DNA of 64,000 nt from Candidatus Aenigmatarchaeota archaeon (GTDB taxonomy: Archaea; Aenigmatarchaeota; Aenigmatarchaeia; CG10238-14; SCSR01), in the NCBI GenBank assembly GCA_038998335.1, contig JAVZHQ010000001.1, positions 576,001-640,000 of the forward strand, given 5' to 3'. The position numbers and the translations under genes were made by a program. Numbering within the stretch: the stretch's first letter is position 1; each line of letters starts with the position of its first letter. The notes beneath the pieces are model-generated. The model was given only the letters and a program-made list of their open reading frames with translations. It was not told the DNA's origin and did not search any database. Shown in pieces: positions 50,975 through 59,202 of the stretch.

Positions 50975-51911
50975 GCCAAAACCTGTAAGCAATTATTATG
51001 ATAATAATTATTGCTGCAATAAGTATTAAAAGCCAGAATGGAAACTCGAAAGGTTTTTCAGGTTTAACTAAAGCTAAGGTAGGAAGAATTTTTATCGTTG
51101 AGTTTTTCTCCACGCTACCTGAAAGATAATTAACTCTTGCGTAAATTTTGTATTCTCCTTCTTTTATTCCATCTAAAGGTAAAAAAGCAGCCAAAACCTT
51201 TTTCTCCTTAGGCTTAACCTTTTCTTGGGAAGAAGATAAAGTTTTAACTAAGTTTCCTTGAGAATCAAAAATTTTTATTTCTTCTGCTCTTGCTGAAATC
51301 GTTACTGTTCCTGTGTTGAGAAAATGTATTAATAGCTGCAAGCTATTTCCTGAGTAGCTTCCTGTTGTTATGTCTAAAATTTTGCCTTCTCTTATAGCAG
51401 TGCCAGGAATTTTAAAAAGGATAATAACAGGAGTTATGGTTGCTATTCCTATTCCTACTTGACCAAAAGAAGATTGTGGCAAGCTAGGTTTAGGAGCTAT
51501 TTCAACCAGATGATAGCCAGGTTCTGCGTTTTCTGGAACGTTTAGCAAAAAGTTTATTTCTCTCCAACCTTTTATTGCTCCGCCAAAAGTTGGTAGTTCG
51601 CCGGAAGGCTTAAGCTCAACAGGATTTGAAAAAGTTTGAACCCATGAAGAAGTTTGTTCTTCAGAATAGTTAAAAATATAGCTTTGATAACTTGGTGTGT
51701 TAAAAAAATCTATTAAAGGTTGGGAAGGTTGAAGGTAAACTACTATGGTTTCGTCTGAGGGAGAAACTATAAAAAAACTTACTGGTTTTGATGAGCCTTT
51801 TTGAAGCTCTCCTAAATCGATAAAAGAAGGTGAAACTCCTACTGAAAAATCTTTTGCGTAAGCTGAAGATAAAAGGATTAGGCAAAAGATTGAAACCATA
51901 AGTTTTTTCAT
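50964..51911 (-). CDS. Secreted, C-terminally anchored two-domain protein reminiscent of DUF916/DUF3324 (WxL-interacting) or pilus-chaperone-like proteins
   Basis: Signal peptide ..SSAYA, then FSVGVSPSFIDLGEL; LNVPENAEPGYH; HFLNTGTV; C-terminal TM FWLLILIAAIIIIIIIAY. The family resemblance is by eye only. Confidence 0.75.
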   Translation of the reverse strand: MKKLMVSIFCLILLSSAYAKDFSVGVSPSFIDLGELQKGSSKPVSFFIVSPSDETIVVYLQPSQPLIDFFNTPSYQSYIFNYSEEQTSSWVQTFSNPVELKPSGELPTFGGAIKGWREINFLLNVPENAEPGYHLVEIAPKPSLPQSSFGQVGIGIATITPVIILFKIPGTAIREGKILDITTGSYSGNSLQLLIHFLNTGTVTISARAEEIKIFDSQGNLVKTLSSSQEKVKPKEKKVLAAFLPLDGIKEGEYKIYARVNYLSGSVEKNSTIKILPTLALVKPEKPFEFPFWLLILIAAIIIIIIIAYRFWHEE

Positions 51912-51959
51912 ATTATTAATTTGAAGTTTCAAAATTTTATTCTTAAAAAATTATCTTTA

Positions 51960-51984
51960 ATATTTAACAATAATGTTTAAATAT
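51960..51984. promoter_or_regulatory. Back-to-back TATA-like boxes (ATATTTAA-N9-TTAAATAT) in a divergent intergenic region
   Basis: 8-bp inverted repeat at 51960-51967 and 51977-51984. TTTAAATA (51976-51983) ends 23 bp before the ATG at 52007, consistent with a leaderless archaeal transcript. Confidence 0.45.
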
Positions 51985-52006
51985 CAAGGTAAACAAAATT
52001 TTATAT

Positions 52007-52882
52007 ATGAAGTTTGGAAAAATAGCTTTTTTGATTGGTTTAATAAGCATGCTAGGAGCAGCTTTTTTAGTAAGCTTAACAAAACCAGCTTTTTCAGCAA
52101 CCTCAAACCAAACAAACGTTACTGTAGAAGTAAAAGGAGTTTGCCAGATAACAGTTGCACCAACAAACCATACCTGGTTTAGCGTTACTCCAGGCTCAGA
52201 AGGAGGAGTAAAAACATTAAACATAAGAAATAGTGGTTCAAAAAACCTTACAAATATTTATGGCTATGTTGACACACTCACAGTAGAAACCACTAACCCA
52301 ATTCCTACAGGTGACCCTTCAAGATATGCTTCCGGTGGAGTTCTTGTTTTAAACGCAGGAAGTGGCTTTTATTATGTAGGAAGGTTGGAGTGGAATGTGA
52401 GTAAACCAGCAGGAGCAGGTAATACTAATTGTGATGCAACATGGTCAACTTGGGGTTGGTACAGAAACGCTACTGTAGGAAATTATCTTTGGTGCATGGT
52501 TAACGGAAGCGACGGAACTTGTAATGCAAGTAATGCAAAAATCTATATAGAATCTGATGTTGACACAGGTGACCCAAGTACAAGAGACCCAGATAAAGGT
52601 GGCAACGTTGAAAGCCAAGCTCCAGATTGGGCAATATTTGGTTTTAGTGATGGACCTTTGGCTGGGCACTGTGTAGCCTTATACAAAGACTGCACAAAAA
52701 TATACATATATAAATATGATCCAACCTTTGGCGACTGCGATATGGAAAGTTTCATAAGAACAGAAGCCTTGACACCAAGCTCAGAGTTTTCAGTTAGCTT
52801 AGACGTTTGGGTACCAAAGGGAATTCCAGCAGGATGGTTAGCTTCTAATTGGCTAACTATTGAAGGAAGCTGCCCACCATAA
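52007..52882 (+). CDS. Secreted, unanchored, disulfide-containing 291-aa protein; candidate major filament subunit
   Basis: Signal peptide ending AFS-A; N-terminal strand NQTNVTVEVKGVCQITVAP; LNIRNSGSKNL; terminal LDVWVPKGIPAG..NWLTIEG; 8 Cys; no TM anchor. Confidence 0.85.
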   Translation: MKFGKIAFLIGLISMLGAAFLVSLTKPAFSATSNQTNVTVEVKGVCQITVAPTNHTWFSVTPGSEGGVKTLNIRNSGSKNLTNIYGYVDTLTVETTNPIPTGDPSRYASGGVLVLNAGSGFYYVGRLEWNVSKPAGAGNTNCDATWSTWGWYRNATVGNYLWCMVNGSDGTCNASNAKIYIESDVDTGDPSTRDPDKGGNVESQAPDWAIFGFSDGPLAGHCVALYKDCTKIYIYKYDPTFGDCDMESFIRTEALTPSSEFSVSLDVWVPKGIPAGWLASNWLTIEGSCPP

Positions 52883-52935
52883 ACCTAAGTAAAAACCCAG
52901 AAAAACTTGGCTTCTTTTTAGGTTTCATTCTTTTG
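52881..52935 (+). terminator. Possible terminator after the 291-aa gene
   Basis: AAACCTAA (52881-52888) and TTAGGTTT (52918-52925) form an inverted repeat, with T-rich tracts (TTCTTTTT, TTCTTTT). Confidence 0.35.
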
Positions 52936-52966
52936 AAATTTATTGTTAAAATTACAATTTGATATT

Positions 52967-54226
52967 ATGAAAAAGTTTCTTTACCTCTTTATCATCTCAA
53001 TTGTAGCAATTCTTATTTTTAACTTCATTTCTAACTTTTTTTCTTTAAGAATTACAGGCTTTGTTGGAGCTAACTTTTCCGTTAACATTTCAGAAGTTTT
53101 GAAAGGAGAGCTTTTGATTAGCTATAAAGAGGAGTTAAACTGGGGTGAGTTTCAAAACATAACAGTAGATTTTTTAAACACAGGAAGCGTTCCTTTTCAA
53201 GAAAAAATTGAAGTTAGAATATATTACAACTACGGAGGAAAGCTTCAACCTTTAGCCTATTATTATGATTCCATAGTAACTTTAAAGCCAGGTGAAAGAA
53301 GAAGTTATAGAGTTAACTATCTTCCGCCTACCATAGGAACCTATTATATAAAAGTAAGGGTTCCTTATGACGGAAAAACTGTAGAAACATGGAAAGCTTT
53401 TATAGTAATTTATATTCCTCCTCCACCTCCTGTTCAAATAATCACCCTGCCTCCTGAAGTTCCTGCTCCACCTGTTGAAGTAGTTGAAACTGGAAAGCCT
53501 GGAATGGAAATAGATTACCCAGAAAAAATAACTATAGCTCAAGGAGAGTCGAAACTTTTTAGTGTTATAGTTAAAAATACAGGACAAGTTTCTTTAAGGA
53601 ACATGAGGCTAGCTATTTCCCTTCCTAGCTCTTTTAGCATAGAGGTGAACCCGAAAGAAATCTTTAAAGTTATACCGAACGAAACAGCAGTTTTTCTTGT
53701 CTATTTAACAATTCCGAACCAAACTTTACCTGGAATCTATCCTTTGGATTTTGAAGTGATAACCGACAAGATAAAAGAAGGGAGAAGAATAAGCGTAGAA
53801 GTTGTTTCTGGTTTACCAGATATAGAAAAAGAAGTAAAGGAAACGATCCAATACTACGAGTACTTAATCTCAGAAATCCAGAATCAAATAGATGCTGCTT
53901 TTTTGAAAGGAATTGACGTAAGCAAAGCCCAAGAAAGCTTGGATAAAGCAAAAATAGCCTTAGAAGAAGCAAAAACCTATTATAACCTAGGAAAATACTT
54001 AGACGCTAAGAAAAAGCTAGATGAAGTAAAAGATCACTTACAGGAAACAGTTTTCCAGCTTTCCTTAGCTTTAATTCCTGTTTATTATCCTGCTTTTCCT
54101 TTCTTACCTCTTATTCTTCTTCTGATAATAATCCTAGCAATAATTCTAGCACTGATTCTTTCTAGAAGAAGAAAGAAAAAGGAAGAGCTTAAGAGACCAA
54201 AGCTTTTGAGAGGAATAGAAACTTAA
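52967..54226 (+). CDS. Membrane protein (~419 aa): N-terminal hydrophobic segment, Ig domain, Pro linker, NEW3/CARDB-like domain, helical bundle, C-terminal TM
   Basis: ATG at 52967; FLNTGSV..LKPGE; PPPPVQIITLPPEVPAPP; VKNTG; GIDVSKAQESL; TM followed by RRRKKK. Confidence 0.85.
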   Translation: MKKFLYLFIISIVAILIFNFISNFFSLRITGFVGANFSVNISEVLKGELLISYKEELNWGEFQNITVDFLNTGSVPFQEKIEVRIYYNYGGKLQPLAYYYDSIVTLKPGERRSYRVNYLPPTIGTYYIKVRVPYDGKTVETWKAFIVIYIPPPPPVQIITLPPEVPAPPVEVVETGKPGMEIDYPEKITIAQGESKLFSVIVKNTGQVSLRNMRLAISLPSSFSIEVNPKEIFKVIPNETAVFLVYLTIPNQTLPGIYPLDFEVITDKIKEGRRISVEVVSGLPDIEKEVKETIQYYEYLISEIQNQIDAAFLKGIDVSKAQESLDKAKIALEEAKTYYNLGKYLDAKKKLDEVKDHLQETVFQLSLALIPVYYPAFPFLPLILLLIIILAIILALILSRRRKKKEELKRPKLLRGIET

Positions 54227-54249
54227 GTTAAAAAATCAATAAAAAAATT

Positions 54250-54504
54250 ATGGGACTTTTTTCACCTTTTGTCTACACAAACAAGCAAGGAAAAAAGTTT
54301 TGGCTTCATGTTAGAGAAAAAGGGAAACAAAAAATCTATTATTTTTCAAAAGACCCTACAGGAGCTTTAAGGGATTTACCAAAAGGTTATGAAGTTGTAG
54401 AAAACGAAATAACAGGAATGCCTTTTCTAAAGAAAAAGGAAGCAAAGGGCTTTCTCTCAGTTTTTAAACCAAAAAAAGAAGAAAAACAAGAGCAACAAGC
54501 TTAA
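54250..54504 (+). CDS. Small basic hypothetical protein (84 aa)
   Basis: YTNKQGKKFWLH..IYYFSK..DLPKGYEVVEN..TGMPFLKKK looks like a compact conserved domain; the ORF fills the intergenic space. Confidence 0.8.
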   Translation: MGLFSPFVYTNKQGKKFWLHVREKGKQKIYYFSKDPTGALRDLPKGYEVVENEITGMPFLKKKEAKGFLSVFKPKKEEKQEQQA

Positions 54505-54529
54505 ATAGTTTACTGTTCATCAGTATTTC

Positions 54530-55006
54530 ATGAAATTTAGCAACCATTCAGTAGTAACACTTCAAATACTCTTAAAAATAATTATAGTTAACATAATAGT
54601 CTTGCTATCACTTGTTTCTGTGCATGAGTTTGGCCATTTAGTTATGGGCTTACTCACAGGCTGCTCAAGCGCAAGAATTGTTCTTTTTGACACAAGTAGA
54701 GAAGGCCCTTACACTGAGCTTTTTTGCAATTCTTCTAACCCTATAACTTATTCAGGAGGAATTTTATTTAGCTTAGCTTTTTCTTCGCTTTTCCTTTTTT
54801 TAAAAGAAGCTGAAGACAAAAAGCTTTTTTTTGTAGCTGTTGGTTTATCCTTAATGCTTTCTGGCCTTGACATAATAGCTTTAACTTCTACCTACTTTTC
54901 CTTTTATATTACGACAATTTTTGGTTTTTGTCTTACAATCTTTGGAGAGTACAACATAACTTTAAGCTACGCGAAAAAAGAAGAGCTTTTAAAGTACTAC
55001 CTTTGA
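54530..55006 (+). CDS. Small membrane-embedded HExxH metalloprotease-like protein (M50/site-2-protease-like)
   Basis: VHEFGH at the end of the first hydrophobic helix; 3 more TMs; SGLD as a possible third zinc ligand. Confidence 0.65.
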   Translation: MKFSNHSVVTLQILLKIIIVNIIVLLSLVSVHEFGHLVMGLLTGCSSARIVLFDTSREGPYTELFCNSSNPITYSGGILFSLAFSSLFLFLKEAEDKKLFFVAVGLSLMLSGLDIIALTSTYFSFYITTIFGFCLTIFGEYNITLSYAKKEELLKYYL

Positions 55007-55051
55007 AACTTAAGATTATTAATTTAGAATACAATTTTATATTGTGAGAAA

Positions 55052-55813
55052 TTGGCAAGGGTAATAGGGATAATTTCTGGAAAAGGAGGAGTTGGAAAAA
55101 CAACTTTAACCGCAAACTTAGGAGCTTCTTTAGCACATTTTTTCAAAAAAAACGTTACTGTTATAGATTGCAACATAACAACTTCCCACTTAAGCCTTTA
55201 CTTGGGAATTCACTTTTGTCCAACTAGCTTGAACAAAGTTTTAAGGAATGAAATCTCCATAGAAGAAGCGCTTTACAAGCATTACAGCGGAGCTAACATT
55301 GTTCCTGCCTCTTTATCCTGGAAAGATTTGGAGGGCGTGGATGTAATTCAGATTAAAGATAGTATAAAAAAGCTTTTTGACAAAACTGATATAATATTGC
55401 TCGATGCTGCTCCTGGCCTAGGAAGGGAAGCTTTGGCTGCTATAAAAGCTTGTGATGAAGTTATTTTTGTTACCATGCCTTACGTTCCTTGCGTTATGGA
55501 CATTATAAGATGCTTAGAAGTTGTAAACGAAATTGGAGTTAAGCCCTTAGGAATTGTTTTGAACATGGTTGGGAATGAAAGGTATGAGATGAAGAAAAAG
55601 GAAATAGAGCAGCTTACTGGTTTGCCAGTGATTGCTTCAATTCCTTCAGACAAAAATGTTTTGAAAAGCTTAGCTTTAAGGACTCCTGTTGTTCTTTTTA
55701 ACAAAAAATCAAAAGCAAGTAGAGAAATAATAAAACTTGCTGGCAATTTGATAGGAGAAAATTATAGAGAAGAAGGATTTTTCTCAAGAATTTTCAAAAA
55801 GCTTAGGTTATAA
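55052..55813 (+). CDS. minD: MinD-family ATPase with C-terminal amphipathic membrane-targeting helix
   Basis: TTG start; SGKGGVGKTT; IDCN; DAAPGLG; GIVLNMV; C-terminus EGFFSRIFKKLRL. Confidence 0.92.
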   Translation: MARVIGIISGKGGVGKTTLTANLGASLAHFFKKNVTVIDCNITTSHLSLYLGIHFCPTSLNKVLRNEISIEEALYKHYSGANIVPASLSWKDLEGVDVIQIKDSIKKLFDKTDIILLDAAPGLGREALAAIKACDEVIFVTMPYVPCVMDIIRCLEVVNEIGVKPLGIVLNMVGNERYEMKKKEIEQLTGLPVIASIPSDKNVLKSLALRTPVVLFNKKSKASREIIKLAGNLIGENYREEGFFSRIFKKLRL

Positions 55814-56437
55814 GAATTTGTAAATTAGGAAAGAGATTAATAAAATTAAAGCTATTGCTGAAGCTAAAATTGTAAATCTTAAGTCAAAGCTTGGTAAAGA
55901 GATTCTTGAACTTATTTTTTCTTCTTCACTTACTTGCTTGCTCTTTTCTTTTTGTTCAACTTCCCTTTTTTCTTGCTCTGAAGAAAAATGTTCAAGAATT
56001 TTTATCTTGAAAACAAAAGTTTTTTCTTGAGCAACTTTAATTCCTGAATCTAAGCTTTCTGCTCTTGTTTTTATTCTTATTTCATTCTCTCCTTTTGCAG
56101 AATCTAAGGCTTTGATCAAAACTTTTACAGGAAATGCTTTAACATCACCTACCGAAAGCTTAACGTATTCTCCTTCCTCATAAGGAGGACCAATTTTAGA
56201 AGCGTTTAACAAAAATTCTTTTGGCTCAACTATTACAACAAAACTTTCTTGTGAAAAAGGTTCAAGAGTAACTAAACAAGGAGAGTTTTCAAGATTCCAG
56301 AAAAGAAGAGTAAATTCTTTCGTTTCTCCTTTTACCATTTCTGCATAATTGCCTTTTTGCAAGCTTCCAAAGCTTAAAGCTTTAGCAGAAGGGATAAACA
56401 ATAAAAAAATTATTGCAATCAAAATTTTCTCTTTCAT
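55808..56437 (-). CDS. Secreted single-Ig-domain protein with C-terminal TM anchor (~209 aa)
   Basis: ATG at 56437, 1 bp after the upstream stop; signal peptide ..IPSAKA; charged linker; TM FTILASAIALILLISFLIY. Confidence 0.8.
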   Translation of the reverse strand: MKEKILIAIIFLLFIPSAKALSFGSLQKGNYAEMVKGETKEFTLLFWNLENSPCLVTLEPFSQESFVVIVEPKEFLLNASKIGPPYEEGEYVKLSVGDVKAFPVKVLIKALDSAKGENEIRIKTRAESLDSGIKVAQEKTFVFKIKILEHFSSEQEKREVEQKEKSKQVSEEEKISSRISLPSFDLRFTILASAIALILLISFLIYKFL

Positions 56438-56438
56438 T

Positions 56439-59189
56439 TCAATCACACAACGAAGAGCAATTTCCGCATATTGTTATGGTTCCTTTATAAATTCCTGCAT
56501 AAACGCTTGGTACAGAAAGCCAATAATAAAGTGTTAAGTTTGAGTTTGGTGGAAGAGCAGAATAAGCAAGTTTGTAATAATAGTCAAGAGGATAAACTGT
56601 GCTTGGGTTGTAAATATTGCTTGAATTGCTCCAGGTTAAATTGCCAACAGCTATAACAGAATTGTAAGTTGAATTTGTAAGGTCTGTTCCTTTAATCCAA
56701 ATGTTCGGACTGCATGCTCCTATGACTGTTATGTTGTATAAATTGTTTTCATTTCCAGGGGCAGGGTTGTTTTCTGCTGGAGTGTTTGGAATTAAAAAGC
56801 CAAAGTCTATAAAGTCCCAAGACAGAATCAAGCTTTCTATTTCTATTCCAGAAACAATAGTTATTGTTGAATTTTGGGTGTGGTTTTGCTGAACTTCTGT
56901 TAAAGAAGAATTAAAAAGTACGCCAATTTTCCAGACCGAACTAACATCACCGCTTGCATTAACAACCCAAGTTAGATTGCAGAATTCATTCTCATCTAAG
57001 GGATTTGTTGGACAAGCTTTCGTTGCTAAAGCAGAAGCTTCTTGAATAAAAAATGGTTTATCTCCTTGAGTTGTGCTTATTGGTGTATCTGGAAAAGGAG
57101 AAGAAGCGTTATATCTTACGGTTCCGTAAACGTTGCCACAACTTCCAGCTTTACAGTAAACTGTTGCGTTTATAATAAAGGTAGAATTCTGAGGAACGTT
57201 GTAGCTTAAAGGCGGTGATGAAAGCCAAGCTTCCAGATAAGGTGGTGAAGGAAATGGACATACTGTTAGGTTATTATAAATTATGCTGTAGGGTGAAGAA
57301 GTTCCTTTTCTATAGATAAACTCTACACAATCTTTTGACTGATACTTTGAATTTGGATAAACATTATCTCCTGTAACGTCTGTAGTAATCCAGACAGGAT
57401 TTCCCCAACTTCCAGAATTATTCCTGTAAATTATGTTCCATCCTCTATTATTAGTTGTATCGTTTTGCTGCCATAAAACAAGAGGATAACCTAAGGAATT
57501 GGTTGTTATGCTTGAATATTGAGCTTTGCTTGTATCTGTTATAGTATCAATTCTTTCTCCGGTCCAGGTTGAACCATAATCAGAGCTTGAGTTAAAGTAT
57601 ATTCTATTATCTGAAGAATAATAGGAAACGTAAACTTTGCTTCCGTTATAAGTTATGCTTGGTGTATAGAAAATCATAGCATCTGAAGAGATTAAATCTT
57701 TATAAGAAGACCAGCTAACTCCAGAATCAGAGGAATTTTTATAAGTGATATAATAATAAAAGTTACCTGTATCATAATACTTTTCCCTGACGACAACATG
57801 CATTCTATCGTTTGAGCTTCCGTTTCCGTCAACAGCAATAGAAGGCTCGTAATAATAAGAACCATACTGAAGTATTCTTCCTACATATGTTTCATAACCA
57901 TCAAATACAACTTTTATTGGACCCCATGTATTCCCAGCATCGCTCGAATTAAAAAACTCTATATCAGTTGCATCTTCATTATCCTGATAAACAACATAAA
58001 TTCTTTGCCCTTTTCTTTCAACGCTAACATATTCTCCTATTCCACTTGAATAAGGAACTTTTTCTTCAAAGCTTGCTCCGTTGTTTTCTGAGATATAAAT
58101 TACAACTCCCGAAGTTCCATTTCTATAACCTATTGTTATATTATTGCCATCACAAGAAATTGAAGGCAAGCCTTTTGAGCCAGTTGAATTAACTATTGTT
58201 CTATTAACTATCCAAGTTTTACCGTTATCTATGCTTCTAGCATAACTTATAGTATTAGCATCGTATTTCCAAACAACATGTATATAATTTTTTCCATCCC
58301 TACAAATTGCTCTTTGGTTCGGAGAAAAAGGAGTTGTAGTTGTTTGAAGATAGGATGTAGTTGTATAGCTGAAAGGATTTAAACAAGAACTTCCATTCCA
58401 GTTATTATTAGTGTCGTTGGCATAAACGCACCACCTTATAGTGCACCCAACAGTTGAGTTTATTAGTACACTAAAGTTACTCCATGCTTCAGTTCCAGAC
58501 AAGCTCATACCCGAAATATTTTGTAAGCTCCCTGTACAATTATCAAAGCTGAAAATGGCATAGCTTAACCCAACATCATCAGTCCATTTCAAAGAATGTT
58601 GTACTACAGTTCCTGCTATAGTTGAGTTTGTTGAATTAAGAGAATAAATTGGCGGTGAAATTTTAACAGTTATTGTTCTTATAGTAGAAGCATTCACTTC
58701 ATTTGCAGAATCATTAGCATACTGTCTCCAACCTATAACTTTCCCTTCACAAACTGCTGGAATAATTTGAGTTTCGTTGTGCCAAGTAGAGTTAACGTTG
58801 TTTCTTGCTGTAAAGGAAATGTTTACCCAAGTATCGCAATTAGCTCCAGAAGCATTCCAAGAAAACCAAGTATAGTTTATTCCTAAGCCCATTCCTGCTG
58901 CACCAACAACATCAGTCCAGTTAACACTAAACTTTACTGTCTCTCCAACCTTTGGGTTTGTACTATTTTCAGAAGGGGTAAACCATTGTGGAGCTTGATT
59001 CTCGCAGCCATTAGTTACTATTCCATCATCGTTGAACCAGCCAGGATTGCAAGTATAAGTGCAACTTCCTGTAGAAGAGCAAGTACAACTTCCTCCACTT
59101 CCTAAACAGCAATAATAAGCCAAAACACTTTTTATACTTAAAAAGAAAAGGCCTAAAAAAATAAACACGATGAAATACTTTTTTCTCAT
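56439..59189 (-). CDS. Secreted multidomain protein (~916 aa): Cys-rich N-terminus, two Ig-like domains, BNR/Asp-box (sialidase-like) beta-propeller, C-terminal pilin-like domain
   Basis: Signal peptide ..IKSVLA; Asp-boxes SIDNGKTW, SENNGASF, SSDAGNTW, SSDSGVSW and SSDYGSTW; C-terminal IDFGFLIP..WLSVPSVYAGIYKGTITI; no TM anchor. Confidence 0.88.
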   Translation of the reverse strand: MRKKYFIVFIFLGLFFLSIKSVLAYYCCLGSGGSCTCSSTGSCTYTCNPGWFNDDGIVTNGCENQAPQWFTPSENSTNPKVGETVKFSVNWTDVVGAAGMGLGINYTWFSWNASGANCDTWVNISFTARNNVNSTWHNETQIIPAVCEGKVIGWRQYANDSANEVNASTIRTITVKISPPIYSLNSTNSTIAGTVVQHSLKWTDDVGLSYAIFSFDNCTGSLQNISGMSLSGTEAWSNFSVLINSTVGCTIRWCVYANDTNNNWNGSSCLNPFSYTTTSYLQTTTTPFSPNQRAICRDGKNYIHVVWKYDANTISYARSIDNGKTWIVNRTIVNSTGSKGLPSISCDGNNITIGYRNGTSGVVIYISENNGASFEEKVPYSSGIGEYVSVERKGQRIYVVYQDNEDATDIEFFNSSDAGNTWGPIKVVFDGYETYVGRILQYGSYYYEPSIAVDGNGSSNDRMHVVVREKYYDTGNFYYYITYKNSSDSGVSWSSYKDLISSDAMIFYTPSITYNGSKVYVSYYSSDNRIYFNSSSDYGSTWTGERIDTITDTSKAQYSSITTNSLGYPLVLWQQNDTTNNRGWNIIYRNNSGSWGNPVWITTDVTGDNVYPNSKYQSKDCVEFIYRKGTSSPYSIIYNNLTVCPFPSPPYLEAWLSSPPLSYNVPQNSTFIINATVYCKAGSCGNVYGTVRYNASSPFPDTPISTTQGDKPFFIQEASALATKACPTNPLDENEFCNLTWVVNASGDVSSVWKIGVLFNSSLTEVQQNHTQNSTITIVSGIEIESLILSWDFIDFGFLIPNTPAENNPAPGNENNLYNITVIGACSPNIWIKGTDLTNSTYNSVIAVGNLTWSNSSNIYNPSTVYPLDYYYKLAYSALPPNSNLTLYYWLSVPSVYAGIYKGTITICGNCSSLCD

Positions 59190-59202
59190 ATCTATCACTT
59201 CT

